In this document: piece by piece, positions 31,930 through 44,980 of the stretch
Numbering within the stretch: position 1 is the stretch's first letter
How the letters are laid out: every line of letters begins with the position of its first letter
Assembly (NCBI RefSeq): GCF_036321535.1
Contig: NC_087449.1
Location: 50,034,001 to 50,098,000 of the forward strand
From: Camelus dromedarius
Lineage: Eukaryota
Length of the DNA stretch: 64,000 nucleotides
Reading direction: 5' to 3'
Notes under the pieces: model-generated
Told to the model about the DNA's origin: nothing
What the model saw: the letters and a program-made list of their open reading frames with translations, nothing else
Databases searched by the model: none
Program-made: the position numbers and the translations under genes

Positions 31930-34230
31930 TGGAAGAGTCAGATCAGCTTCCAATTCATGACTTTTTCTGGGAACCTATCAAAGAGCTGAGGTCAGGGAGC
32001 AAACAAGCTGCCCCAAATCTGAAGAGACAGGCGCTGCAGGGAGAAAGGAGATGGAGTCACCCCCTTGCCTGGGGTAGGTGCAACCAGTCACAGGTAAGAA
32101 GTGTTGAGCTAGAATAATTAAGAAGTTGGTGAAGACTGAATGAGGCTGACTGGACAGTTTGAAGCCCACAGAACTTCGGGAGTCTGCACCAACTTGCTGG
32201 CTTTCTCTGGGGATGCTCACAGAAAGGGTCAGATAGAGTCCTAAGCAAATGCCCATTGTGGCTTGGACAAGAATGGGTTGGAAAAAATTCTGCCCAGATC
32301 TTTCTCTTCGGTCTTTCCTATGAAACAAAAAACTTAATCTAAGTGGAAAATTGGGTGAGAACAGCTGCCCTTAAGGGGGAGGGGCAGGAATACTCATTGG
32401 GCCCAGAACTACCTGGGGGGAGGGGCAGGGAAATAAAAAGGCCTCACCCTGAAAAGCAAGGAAACAGGGTCTAAGACTGAGGCTTAATCAGAACAACAGA
32501 AAATACACCCCCAGATTTCCCTACTGCCAAGATAACAAGCTTGCTTGACTAGTAAGACCTGAAAAATAAGGCAGATGAGCAGAAGCAGAGAAGAATGCTT
32601 AAAGAAACTCTCTCTGGGGCCCAAAGCAAAGGGAAGGCCTAAAACACAGGTTCAAATAGACGTGGCTCTGGAAAACCATTCTCTACCCTAAACACAAGGT
32701 TGCAAGGCAGGAATTTGCAGCCTGTGGTGCACTGAGGGTAACCATGGCAACAGCAAATCTCTAACCCAGTCCAGCTCCTCCCTGGGTTAACTCAAATCCC
32801 ATCACTAAAGGCCTAGCAGAAGGAAAAGTGTGCCCATTTTCAGGCATAAAAATAATTTTTCTCAGTCTCTTCTGTCTAAGCCAAGAAGTTCAGCTTTAAA
32901 TAAAAAAATCATGAGGGATGTAAGATACAAAGTAATCATTGGAACCAGATGACACTGATGATAGGACTGACAGGGAATTTTAAATAGCTGTGATTAATAA
33001 ACGTATTAATCGTAATAAGGACAATAGGAAAGATCAGATGGGTAATTTCAGCAAAAACTGTAAGAAAAAATCAAATGGAAGTGGTTGAAATAAAAAATAC
33101 AGTAGCATAAATGAAGCATGCCTCCCATAGGCTCCTTGGCAGACTTGGAACAGCTAAGGAAAGCATCAAGGAACATGAAGACAGGTCAGTAGAAATTACC
33201 CAACAGAAACACAAAGGGGAAAAAGAGTAGGAGGAAAAAACCAGAGTATAATACCTAAGAGCATGGGACAGAATCAAACAGCCTAATATATATGTAATTG
33301 GAATTGCAGGAGGAAAAGAGAGAATGAGGCAGAAAAAGTATTTCAAGAAATAATCACCAAGAATTTCCTCAAACTAATGATAGACAAACCCCCCAGGTAT
33401 CCAAGAAGTTCAGAGACCATTAAGCAGAATAAATGACACTCCGCTCCGCCTCCCCACACACACAACCTTAGGCATATATTATTTAAACAATTGGAGAAAA
33501 ATTTGCAATCAGAACATCTTGAAGGTAGAGAAAAGAAAAAATATGCCGAGAGAAACAGAGAAAAGGATTACAGCAGACTTCTAATCAGAACCCATGCAAA
33601 CCAGAAGATAATACAGTAACATTTTTGAAGTATTGAAAAGGAAAAAAACACCCTGTCAATCCAGAATTCTGTACCAGAATAAATATGTTTCAAAAATAAA
33701 GGAGAAAGAAAAACTTTATCAAACAAAAATTGACAAAATCCATTGTCAGATCTACTCTAAAAGAAATGCTAGAGAAAGTTCTTCAAACAGAAAGAACATG
33801 ATATCAAATAAAATCTTGGATCTATACAGATAAAGAGTGCTCGCAATGTAATAAGTAAAAGTAAAATAAAATGCTTTTTTCCTTATTTTTAATTGCTCTT
33901 AAAGGTTAAATGACTCTTTAAAGCCAAAATATGTTTATAGAATTTTTAAAAATATAACGTCTGACCATAATAACACAAAGGATGTAAGGGAGAAATAAAA
34001 TAATACTGTTTAAGTTCCTTATACTATACATGAAGAGGTGTCACATTATTTGAAGGTAGACTAATTAAGGATGTACATTGTAAATCCTAAGGAAACCACT
34101 AAAATATAATATATAAATATGTAATGTGCATACTAAGCTAACAGATGAGCTAAAATGGAATACTAAATGATTAACTCAAGAGAAAGCATAAAAAGAGGTA
34201 AAAAAGAACAGGTGGAATAAACATAACACT
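31930..34230 (+). mobile_element. Old L1 (L1MC/MD/ME-type): 5' UTR, decayed ORF1 and inter-ORF region; ORF2 absent
   Basis: ORF1 text at about 33000-33830 (gaacatgaagacaggtcagtagaaattacc; ccagaattctgtacc), then inter-ORF sequence. Confidence 0.85.
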
Positions 34231-35574
34231 CATCTGATGAATGAAAAAAGTCAGATGGAACAACTATAAAAAAAACCCTTTCCATCTGGAACATTCTCTG
34301 AATCTCAGGGCTGCTTTCTTGACTTGGAAGATTTTCCAGAGTTTCACGTGGCCCTTGATATAGAAACTCTTAATAAAATCTCTTTAATTAGTTTGGTGTT
34401 GATCAACATAGCCTTACTTGGGTTTTTCTTTTATTAAATTGCTGCTACTGGAACAGAAAGGTAAAATGCTTAGAAGGCAATAATATATTAGGAGGTCCTC
34501 ATACTCATGATCGATTTGGCCCTTCTCCCTATAAGGGCCACATTTTGGGCTGTGGAGTTCATATATATTGCCACATCTTCTTCCTCAAACTGGACATCCT
34601 AGAACCAAGATTTAGATTTGCAGTTCAGAGAGGGGAAGTAATCCAAGATCACATAGCAGATTCACTTCTAGTCACTTCTCACTTTAACTCTCCTGGGATT
34701 TATTAACCTATAAAGGTGGAGTGGACCTGCTAAAGTAGGTGATCTTTGAGGTTTCTCTGTCCTGTATGAGTTTACTAGTCCTTGAGTCATAAAAGCCTAG
34801 GCACATAAACTAGGTGCAGGGTCAGAGGCTGTGTGGTTACTGTCCAAGGTGCTGAAGACCCAGGGGCAGGACCTACCCCAATGTATTTAAGGCCAAGGGG
34901 AAGAGGATATAATTGGCTTTGGAAAATACCTCCCTCCCTGCCAGAATCAATCTTCCTGCCATCCTCTCTAGTGCCCCACCTTGTTCCTCCTAAAGTCTTG
35001 GAAACCACAGACGGCAGGCACCTTGGGGGACAGGACGGCAGCACAAAGATGTACAGGACTCTCTAAGTGACAGCTGGAGGTCTGATGAACTTGGTCCTTC
35101 CTGTTGAGGTCCTGAGGCAATATCCCCCCTAGGTCAGAGGTGGTGCAGCATCAAAGATACCAAAACTAAGTTGCCTCCTTTTAGTTATGACGTCTCCATT
35201 TGAAGAATACGGGGATAAATAATTAGGATGGCTTTCCAGTGTGGTGAAGAGAACTGGCAGATTTACTCACTTAATAGGTGCTGGACAAATTAGACAAAAA
35301 GCATCACTTAAGGGCCAGGGTGGTGTTATTACACCAGATCCCATTAGGTGAGTGTCAGGACCCTAATGTAGCAGGTATAGCCAGTAAGATGAAACACCAG
35401 GAATGGGGGTGGGTGGGGGGGGGGGAATCTGAGACAGGAAGGCAGGAGAATTCCAGAGTTAGGATCCAGTTTGGAATCAGACAGAGTCATATAACAGACT
35501 GAAATCAATTAGGGAAAATAGATTTGAGGAGAGTAGAAGGTAAAATTCCAGATGTTCCTAGTGATACCGCTTCT

Positions 35575-36325
35575 TCCAACTTTCAGTTCAGTTTAACACA
35601 CTGTTCCTGAGTGTCCTCTGTGATGCCCGCTTATATATGTGATTCCATTTAATTATTTTACAAATCCTAAATACAACTAAGGATTTGAAACCTCAGAGGT
35701 ATAGAGACTTACCCATAATCTCTCAGGTGGTGTAGTAGGCAGAATTCTAAGATAACCCCCAATGACCCATATTTTTATATAATTATTTCTCCTTGTGTGT
35801 GGGCAGGTTGTGTAACTTGCTTTACCAACAGAATATAGTAAAGATGAAGGGATTTTTCAAATATAGTTCAAGTCCCTAATCATATGACTTTATTTCAGGG
35901 GAGGTTTAACTGTGTGGGCCAGGCCTAATCAGGTGAGTGCCTTCAAAGAAGGCATATAGGTCAGATGCTGATGCAGTAGAGGCTCCCTGTATTCATTGCT
36001 GGCTTTAAAGAAGTAAGCTGACATGCATTTTACAGCCACAAGGAATTAATCCTGCCAACAACTGGAAGGCACTTTGGAGCAGATCCTTCTCTAGTTGAGC
36101 CTACAAATGAAAACAAAGCCTGGAGGACACCTTGATTTCAGCCTTGTGAGACCCTGAGCAGAAAACCTGGCCAAGCTGTGCTCAGACTTTTGACCTAAGA
36201 GGGTTAGTAAGTAGGTATTGTTTTAAGCTCCTAAGTTTGTTGTATTTTGTTAGGCAGCAATGGAAAACTAATTCAACTGGAAAGTGGTAGAATGAGATGT
36301 GAAATCTGCCCTGTCTTCCTGTAAA
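35575..36325 (-). mobile_element. MIR split in two by the MLT1E insertion (35575-35730 and 36276-36325)
   Basis: gaaacctcagaggtatagagacttacccataatctctcag continues after the LTR as actggaaagtggtagaatgagatgtgaaatctg. Confidence 0.65.
35731..36275 (+). mobile_element. MLT1E/D-type MaLR solo LTR
   Basis: tgtagtaggcagaattctaagat...gacaccttgatttcagccttgtgagaccctgagcag...gcaatggaaaactaattca, with TG...CA ends. Confidence 0.9.
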
Positions 36326-36759
36326 GCCTACAGTCCATTGCAGACACCTCCACCATCAACCCCACAGACATGCCATTGTTTCCAGTCAGGGCTGGACTTG
36401 TCCTCAGAGGGAATTTTGATTATGAGCAGGCCAGGCAGGAGTGAAAAGAGAGACAAGCACCTCTGACTGTCAGACAGAGGCAGGTACTGAGGTGGCATGT
36501 CCTGGCAGCTCATTCCAGAGAAGAAGGAAAGGCAGTGACTATAAGAATAGCTGGCAGTGACTCTAAGTGCCCATGGAGAGAGTGATGTGGGAGAAGCTAC
36601 TGGTTAAATCGTCAAAGAAAATTGGCTCTTGGATCATCTTTGGCCCTGGGGCCGGGGTCAGGAACACTGGCTCCCTGGCTAGATGTGCCTGGGATATTGA
36701 GCATCTTTCCCTCTTAAGATCATGTGATTCTGTGAATAACAATAAGAGCTACCATCTGT

Positions 36760-36850
36760 TGAGCATTTCCTTCAGTCATTCAACAAACATTTAACAAGTG
36801 TCTACCAGGTGCAGGATGCTGGTGCTGTAAGAGTAGACCCCAGAAAGCTG
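36760..36850 (-). mobile_element. L2 3' end
   Basis: cattcaacaaacatttaacaagtgtctaccaggtgcagg. Confidence 0.75.
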
Positions 36851-37639
36851 TTGAATGACAGGGGTAGACCAGTTTGACTCCCAGTTACGTGGACACATAT
36901 TTGTGGACTCACCACCATACAAGGGCTTCTTTTTTGTGCTCCGGATTCTCAGGCTCCTCAGTTTTAGACATTCTTTTGTCCCCTCAGCACACACTCCTCC
37001 TTGGCTTTCTCATATCCTTGGATCTTGGAGTCTGGGTGGGGAGAGAAACAAACAAGCAAGTGGAGGACAAATCACAGAACCAAATGAGGATTCTCTGCCT
37101 GCGTCTTCCCCTAGGAAAGGGGCAGCTTAACATGACTTAATCTAAGCACAGCCGGTATCTGTTGAAGAACAAGTTGGTTAGATTCATTTTCTCAACCAAC
37201 TATTTCAAGGCTAGCATTAATCTATTCATCAGTTTAGTTCATCAGGAGAAAACATGCTTCTTCAGGAGTTTTCTAACTGAAAATAATGCCTCATTAAATT
37301 AAACATATTAACCTGAGAACAGTATTGATGTCAGCCAGACTAATGAATGTCATTATGGGAATGCACAGTAGTCCTCAGAGAGACCCCACCAGCCATTAGG
37401 AACTCTCCACAAATGCGCTCAATTATTGTAGGATGTGGAATCATCAAAGAGAGAGGGTGGGAGAGGAGAAAAAAGACAGAAGGAAAGGGGATGATCCTGA
37501 TACCATGGCTGTCTCTGGGAATACTGCCCTGATTAATTCTGATATCTTTGATGCTTAAGAAAGGGCATGTGGCCATCTTCATGTGATGTGATTCACTGTT
37601 GATTCCAAGAGGAGAGAAGCTGTTTTTTGGCCTCCAAAA

Positions 37640-37940
37640 TGTAAGGAGAGGTTAGATTTAGGTATCAGAATCCCTGGATTCTAGTCCTTGTTCTGCCACA
37701 CAGTAGGACTGGGAATAATTCTCAGGTTTTCTCCATGCAACAGTGAACTAGTTTTTTCAAATCTTTATTGAGTCAAATACTGTGCTAAGCACTTTCTCAT
37801 ATGTTAGTTTATGGATTCCTCATAGAAACTCAATTAGACAGATATTTTTTGCTCCAGAATTATGGAAGAGAAAAACCAAGGCTCAGAGAAATGATCTAAC
37901 TTGCTTTGCTAGATCTTTGGGACAGGCAGAGGCAGGCAAT
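37640..37940. mobile_element. MIR fragments (plus, then minus)
   Basis: ggattctagtccttgttctgccac; tactgtgctaagcactttctcatatg...ggctcagagaaatgatctaacttgc. Confidence 0.7.
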
Positions 37941-38039
37941 GAGGTCTTTCCCTGGGGAGACCATCACAGGAGAACTGCATCCACTTTTGCATGACAATGT
38001 AGAAGGGAGACTGAAAACCTGAGCTTGATCAGAGCAGCA

Positions 38040-38310
38040 TGATGCAGAATGCCTAAGGAGGAAGGGCTGTTGAACCTTGGGAGGGAAAACCTTAAACAGA
38101 CAAAAGACATATTTCCAAATACAAAAAGGGCTGCCATGTGGAAGACCAACTACATGCCCTCAATGTGGGCTGAAGGAAGAGATTTTCAACAGTCAGAGCT
38201 GTCCAGAGATGGAATGGGCTACCTCAAGAGGCAATAAGCTTCCCATCCTTACAGGTGCGCAAGTAATAATTAGATACTGTTTGTCAGAGGGCATATTATC
38301 AGTGCCCTCT
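38040..38310 (+). mobile_element. L3/CR1 LINE 3' region
   Basis: tccaaatacaaaaagggctgccatgtggaaga...tttcaacagtcagagctgtccagagatggaatgggctacctcaagagg, matching the remembered L3 3' consensus. Confidence 0.8.
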
Positions 38311-38799
38311 CTGCTTCCAGAAAGGTCTCTAATGGATGAGAATCTCCTGCCCTGCCTCCAGGCCCACAGAGGAGTGGAGAGTCGAGATGGCAGTTTAGTT
38401 TCTTCCCTCCCTACTGCCCAAGCACCTGGGAAATGACTGATGTTCACCTTGAAGGGGGCGGTGGAACAGGCAGGCTGTTCACCAGCATAGTTATGGCCTT
38501 TAGGGATTAGATACACCTTCCGGGGTGAGATTTCAGAAGCTGACTTGTGGGATGATGAGTTCTCAATCATTGTCTTTTGACTTCACAATGAACCTGAACT
38601 GCAGTTCTGAAGACTTCAAAACCCAGGTGTGAATTCTGTGCCAGTGCCCCCTGCAGAGCAGCCCAGCCAGAGTTCTCATCTTCTGCTGGTCTGAGTCTAA
38701 AGCCCTCTCCTCTAACAATAGGCTGCTGAGCACTTGGTAATGGTCAGATTTCTTGGAATTGATCTTCTCATATAGGACATACTTGGGAGAAATAAAATA

Positions 38800-38829
38800 A
38801 CCATCAAAGAAACTTAAATGAATTACACT
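38800..38829 (+). repeat. Copy 1 of a dispersed 30-bp TCF/homeodomain composite
   Basis: accatcaaagaaacttaaatgaattacact; 28/30 identical to 43887-43916. Confidence 0.9.
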
Positions 38830-39844
38830 TTCACCAGGAGAAAAACAGCAATCCACCTGAAGCAGGAACTACAAGGAAAATAAGAGTCTGTTGTGTACAG
38901 AGACCAGGAGGGTGAGGAGAGGGACCCCATGTCTCTGAATTCATTGCATCTTGGATCACTTTCTCTGTTGTATGAGGCTGTACATCCCTACTCTGTTTCG
39001 CACCCCAGCTGCCCCCACAGGGAAGGGGGGTGTCTGAGTCACTCTCCTACCCTCTCTGGGGGGTGATTGCTTTGTCTTAGAGAGGAGGAGGGGTCTCAAT
39101 CTTTCCTCAACCTTTTCCCTCCACCCTGCCATCTTCTGTCTCCTCTCTCACAGCCCCATCAGCTGAGGAATGAGCCTCAGAGACACTGAGCAAAACAGGA
39201 GTGGAGCTTTTACCAAAGTGGGAGGCAGACAGGGGCTCCTGGGTAGCAGGAAAGGGCCATAGTGATGGAATGAATGACCAGGTTGCAGAACGAGGAGTAG
39301 ATCCGGATGGCTTCAGCTGGCAACCAGGCCCAGGGTTCCCTTCTGACAGTGGGCTACACAGTGAATTCCAGAGCCTGGCAGGAGCTGGATGCAGGCTTCT
39401 CAAATACCTCCTGCTCTGGGTGGAGCTGACACAGGCCTGAGCCTGGCCCAGAGAGAGAAGAGCCCCAATTGTGGAACTTTCCCCAGGGGCTGGTTAGTTA
39501 AATCCACATAAACTCAATCTCACTTCAGGGAAGAGAGGTGTGGCTGTGCCAGTTTTCAGAGAAGGCAGCGGGAGGTGACCTCTGGAATGAGTGTAGAGGA
39601 GGAGGAGTGGCGGGGGAGGGGAGGCCGACACTCCAGGGCTTCTGGGACTTGGCCTTGCCTGCCCTGGGGTCTCATGCAGGTGTGGTGCTGATCCAGGAAG
39701 GCTGGGTGGCAGAGGCTGTTGGAGCTCTCTTGTCCAGGCACTTAGTTAAGAAACATGTATTGAGGTCCTACTATGAGCTGAGTGCCAGGGAAACACGACC
39801 CCGACCTCGCTGAGCTTAAAAGAAATTGAATGTATAAAATTTCT

Positions 39845-39990
39845 AGTGTATAGATGGGAAAACTGAGTTCCAAAGAAGGTAAATATTATTCATTACTTAC
39901 AGGTTAGGGAACTGGCATTCAGAGGGGCTGGATAAGTCTAGTAAGTGGCAAAGCCAGATGCAAAGTGAAGTGATCTGCCCTGGGCCTGCA
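39845..39990 (-). mobile_element. MIR fragment
   Basis: tagatgggaaaactgagttccaaagaaggtaaat...tagtaagtggcaaagccagatgcaaa. Confidence 0.65.
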
Positions 39991-40539
39991 CACCTGCCCT
40001 GAGCTCTGCTGTCACACGGGCAGCTGTGCACCCTACGGCCCACCCATGAGCTGCTCTAGGGAAACATTCAGTGAAATGAGGTTCTCCCTGGCCTCTTCCT
40101 TAGGGGTGGGCTGGGACAGCCCAGGCTGTGCTCAGTTTTCTGGGGCTGGCCTTATAGGTGGGGCCACAAAGCCAGGGCCAGGGGACAATTCTACTCAGAG
40201 ATCCAGAGCAGGGCATGGTGCTTAAGCTGGAGGACTATTTCCAGGTACAGTCCAGGAGGAAGTGGGGCCTGGACACCTGAGCAGTGGGGAGACCAAATCC
40301 CTGATTAAGGCAGAGGGGCTGGAGATGGACCATCCAAGGGAGACAGGACCCAGGTTAGGCCTGGCAGCTCCAGGCAACATCCCAGGAGGGCCTCCCAAGA
40401 GATGCCCCATGAGCCTGCAGTGTCCCCTGCTGCTCATCTCTTTAGGCCTGGCAGAGCCCAGAATGAGCTGGAGCTGGCTGCATCTCAAGGACCACCTTGC
40501 TTGTGGATCACCATGGCCTTGACCCCAACATTCTCTAGC

Positions 40540-40870
40540 TGTTGTTGCCATCTTATCACCTCTGTGATACCAGCCCAACGACAGGCACAATCTTCTGATG
40601 ACCAAGTGTTTTATACAAAATCTTACTATGATGAAAGAGTGAAGTCCTCTCATACATATTGGCTGGAAGTTTCTGGGAAGCTTTCCAGGAGGAGGTGAGC
40701 CTTGGGTCCACCCTTGATTTCAGGCTTGGAGAAGAAGATGGTGAAGAAAGGATGTTCCAGACCATGGTGTGTCACATGCAAAATCTAAAATCTGTGCAGA
40801 AGGGAGGGAGGAGACTACTCTCAAAAGGCCAAACTGTGGGATGGTCCAGGGTAGGATGTGAGAGTCCAGT
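40540..40870 (-). mobile_element. L2 fragment
   Basis: gggaagctttccaggaggaggtgagccttggg. Confidence 0.55.
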
Positions 40871-41059
40871 CTGAGTGAAATATTCAGAAAGCTATTAACT
40901 TAGGCTCAAGGAGGAGGAGAAATCAGCATTTATTGAGCACCTTTTCTGTTGCATATATATGTCCTCAATTAGCCATTTCACCTTCAAAATTCTCCTGAAG
41001 GGCATTGGGGTCGGCTGGTTGCATTTCTCCTTTCTGCAACAGGGCTAAGTTTGGTTTGG

Positions 41060-41491
41060 GGGTACCCTCTTCCTCACTCTCAATCCATAAGTGAAGCCAC
41101 ACCCATAGCTCAGGGGTGAGCCCTGAGACCTAAGCTTAAAGCAGTCCATGTGGCATGTTCCTCTGGTCTTGATAATTGGCACAGGGATGTGACTCAGCCA
41201 GAGCCAATTAGATGCAATGAGAACTTTGCTGAGGCTTCTGAAAAGGAACTCTTGCAGTTCTTTGCCACCAACTTGAACCCGGAACTTTCTTGTCCAGAGT
41301 TGTTGCCAGTACTTCACACGTAACCTAAGAATGAGGCCTTGGTGACACCTCTGGGGGACCCCATTAAGCCATGACGGGGATCATTCTTATCCCTGAACGT
41401 TTCCTTATGAGCAATGACTTCCTTTTTTGCTGACCATAGTTTGGATTGAGATTTCTGACAGTTGCAATAGAAAAGAACCGTAACTGTTACA
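41060..41491 (+). mobile_element. MLT1K/L-like LTR
   Basis: cagggatgtgactcagccagagccaattagatgc...gtttggattgagatttctgacagttgcaatagaaaagaaccgtaactgttaca. Confidence 0.75.
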
Positions 41492-41529
41492 CAAATCCAT
41501 GCAAGAAACTCAAGTAGAAAGAAGGGTTA

Positions 41530-41810
41530 TGATAAGGAGACCCAGTATTCCTTTGCACATCTTCTTTTTCACCTCTTCAGACTGGCTTCTCTGCTCGACT
41601 CACCACAGCCACACAAAATCGTAGCCTCTATCTCTGAGCTGCAATATTACCCAGGATGAGTTTTCAGTTACTTGATTTTGTCCATCCTACACTAAAAATT
41701 CTCAAGAAGAAAATCAGATTTGCCCAGCGAGTGAGGTGTCCGCACCTGTCCTATTAATAAGCAATAGGGGCGGGGCTTAGCAGGATTTTGGGCAGAGCAA
41801 GTGGTGATGT
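41530..41810 (-). mobile_element. MLT1J-like LTR fragment
   Basis: aaattctcaagaagaaaatcagatttgcccagcgagtgaggtgtcc. Confidence 0.6.
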
Positions 41811-42714
41811 GCAGGAAGAATAACTATCATTTCTAAGCAAATTTGAATCACAGTTCCTGTTTTCCAAATGAGGAAACTAACGCTCAAAGTAACCTGACTT
41901 GCCCAAGATCACACAGTTGGTAAATTACAAAATCCCCAGATTCACATCTTGTTTTGCTGCACTCCACACTCCATGGTATTTCCACGCTTCCAGCCCCACA
42001 AGTTTTTCATTGGCTTCCTTCCATTTCCTCCTCCCATTTGCCCAATTCCTGCCCACTGACCAGGGTAAAAAGTACGAAAGCAGACTCCCCTGAGAAGAGA
42101 GGTGACAACCAGGCCTGCCACGAGGAGTGGATGCCTTTCTTGACCACCTGAGCACTGAGGGCATCTGTCGTTTCCCACCAGAAGCAGGCACGGCTTCTTT
42201 TCCAGAGACAGACCTGGCCATCTGGAGGCTCCAATCCCACACTCAATTATTCAACACAAATAAGAGCTGAATTAACGTCTCATGGCCACATTGCTTTTTA
42301 CCCAAATAGCTACCTGATTGTGAACACATTTGCCTGAGTCCAGCAGTCCCACTGCTGAGATCTTCATCAGAAGCCTTTCAACCCCCAGAAATCAGTTCTG
42401 ATAACAAGCCCTCTTGTGATTGTTGCAAAATCCAAAGTGGGGGAGGCCCCCTGCAGACACAGTGCTCCAGTGACTGTGGTTAAACAAGGACCTCTAGGGA
42501 GCAAGGCTGGGGCATTTGTTGGCCACGTGGTCCTGGCCTCCTGTTCCAGGAGATGATCAATGACATTTGCTCAGCAGGATTCATGGGATGATTCCAGGTA
42601 AACAGTGGCCAAAAAGGGTTTAGAAAGGGGACTGAAGTGCGGGCTGTAACTGGAGGTTGCTGAAAGCCACATCTCCACAGACGGGGGTGGTGGGAGGGAG
42701 TTGGTGTATGTGCA

Positions 42715-42900
42715 TCCCCTTCAGGATGTCTCAGTGTCAAGTGGGCGACCTTGGGGTGACCTGTCAGGTCCTCGGTTTCCCCACCTGGGAAACAGAGCTC
42801 ATGAACCCTCCTTCACAAGCAGTAGTGAAGGTCACAGGGGAGGGGTTGGGGAAAGCTCTCAGCATGATGCCTGGTACACAGTAGGTGCTCAGATAAGAAA
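42715..42900 (+). mobile_element. MIR
   Basis: gaccttggggtgacc...ctcggtttccccacctggga...gcctggtacacagtaggtgctca. Confidence 0.75.
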
Positions 42901-43886
42901 GTGACCATTGACTTGAGTTGGGTCCAAAGATGACTTGCTGAGCTGGATAGAGGGGGTGATGGGGAACCCTGGCTTCCAGCCCTCGCCTTTCCCATCCATT
43001 ATCATCTGAGGAGGCTTTGGGTACCACTGGGCTGCAGGAGGGTGGGTCTACATCAGGTAGACTGGATGTGGAGCAGTGAGGATCTGGACAAGTTCTCCCG
43101 TCAAGATAGGCAGGAAGGCCCAGCCAGAGGGGATGGAAAACAAGACTCAGCATTTAGAAAGAATAGGGGCAGGTGAGAAATGGCCGGAAAGGTCAGTCCA
43201 GGCCTCCCAGCAACAGAACAGATGGAGAGATCTCTACCCACCATGGAGGCAGGCAGTAGGTGGGGAGGAGAGTTCCTGGCTAGGGCTGAAGAAGGAGAAG
43301 ATCTGAGAAAAGAAGCAGTGCCTGAGCTCAGAGCTCAGCTCAGAACAAGGCCCCAGACCCTGGGCTGTTCTCAGGGCCCATCAGATCCCCATGACACTTG
43401 TTGTAGTAGCTGCTATGAAGGAAGAGTGGAGAGGACTTGGGAATAACTGGGGATGCTCAGTGTGGTGAGGTCTCAGAGACACTTCCAGGCATGCCGTGAA
43501 GGCACTGCCTAGGACTATAGACAATCACAAGGGAGAGAAGGAGAAAGAGATGGTGGGGTCTGGGCAGGACAGAGCTGACCCTTGGGGAACACCATGGTAG
43601 AGGTGAAGTCAGGATACTGGATTCTGGGCCCGACTCTGCTCTAGATCATTGTGTGAGCCAGAACAAGTCACTTGCCTTTTCTCAGCTTGCATATGCACAT
43701 CTGTAAAATGAGAGGCATTAGCCATGGGGTCTGTAAGACTCCTCTCAGCTCAGAGGGTCACGCCTTGACAGTTTTGGGTTCTGTGTGATATCTCCATCCT
43801 ATCTCCATATTCCAATTCTCTGCCTTAAGTCTGACCAGTGGTTCCCCAGCTCAAATCCACCTTCTGCCAGTGGAAAGCAAGTCAGC

Positions 43887-43916
43887 ACCATCAAAGAGCC
43901 TTAAATGAATTACACT
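43887..43916 (+). repeat. Copy 2 of the dispersed 30-bp TCF/homeodomain composite
   Basis: accatcaaagagccttaaatgaattacact, immediately followed by the MARE/AP-1-like TGAGTCAGCA (43916-43925). Confidence 0.9.
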
Positions 43917-44184
43917 GAGTCAGCAGCCCTCACGGTTGCTGCATAATGTGGGTCTGGCAATGACAGGACTGCTCAGTTCATTAGAGTCCAGGGTAATGTG
44001 CTCTTGCCCTTGGAGATGCCATTATGGGCTGGTTTCTGCAGTTTCTTCTTTGGGAGGGAAGAAAATGGAAAGAAGGGTAAGCAGGAGATGAACCTGGCTC
44101 TCAGCCTTGGGGGAGAGGCTGACAGCAAAGTTTTGTGCTGAAATCTCAGCTTGGAGACTTAGATGCTGGAAGGGAGGCAGCCAT

Positions 44185-44700
44185 TAAGATGCGTGTTTCT
44201 GTGTCAGGAATCTCAGAGCAACCTGGCTTGAGCTCAGAAGAGTTTTACTGGGTTATACAAACAGAGAAGCTCAGAGACAGGGTAGCCTTCAGGGGCACCT
44301 TGACCCAGGGGCAAAAATGATACCATCAGGACCTGTTTCTTCTTTCTTCATCTTTTAGCATCTCTCTCCCATGCAAGACCACTGTCAGGTCCCTCTTCAT
44401 GGTGGCAGGGTGTTTTCTATCCAGACTGAAGTCCCATAAAGAAGAGAGGAATTCCTCACAGCTGATCAAAAGTCCTGGGTCACTGGCTCTAAGAGACACA
44501 CCTCAATCCCTGTACCCTCAGAAAGCACAGAAGGTTAGAATGTGCGGACTGGCTTAGGCTAATCAGGGTCCATCCCATGAGTGAGGTTAACCCCACTCAA
44601 GCCACAGGGACTGGAAGTGGGGAGGGGGTGCAGCTTTATCAGTAAAAAACCCATAGATGCTCTCTAATGAGTTTGGGGTAGAGGGAAAGAAAGCATATTA
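44185..44700 (-). mobile_element. MLT1K/L-like LTR
   Basis: gccttcaggggcaccttgacccagggg...atcaggacc...gactggcttaggctaatcaggg. Confidence 0.65.
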
Positions 44701-44804
44701 ACAGAAACAAAATAAAGAGAGAAGAAAAACTCAAATAGTTATTTCTTATGGCTGATCTCATCTCATTTTCCCAATGGTCCGATGATACCAGAGCTACTAT
44801 TATC

Positions 44805-44980
44805 CTAGATACAGAATCCTAGGCTTGTAGAGTTAGAAGAATCTTCGAAATCCTCTGTCCAACCCCCTTATTTTCACAGGCAATGCAACAGAGACCCAGA
44901 GGGCTTAAGTGACTATCTCAAGGTCACACAACTCAGGGGAAGATGTCAGAGTAGGAAGAATCAGAGACTCACCTCCTCAC
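44805..44980 (-). mobile_element. MIR/MIR3 fragment
   Basis: gagttagaagaatcttcgaaatcctctgtccaaccccc...aagtgactatctcaaggtcacacaac. Confidence 0.75.
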
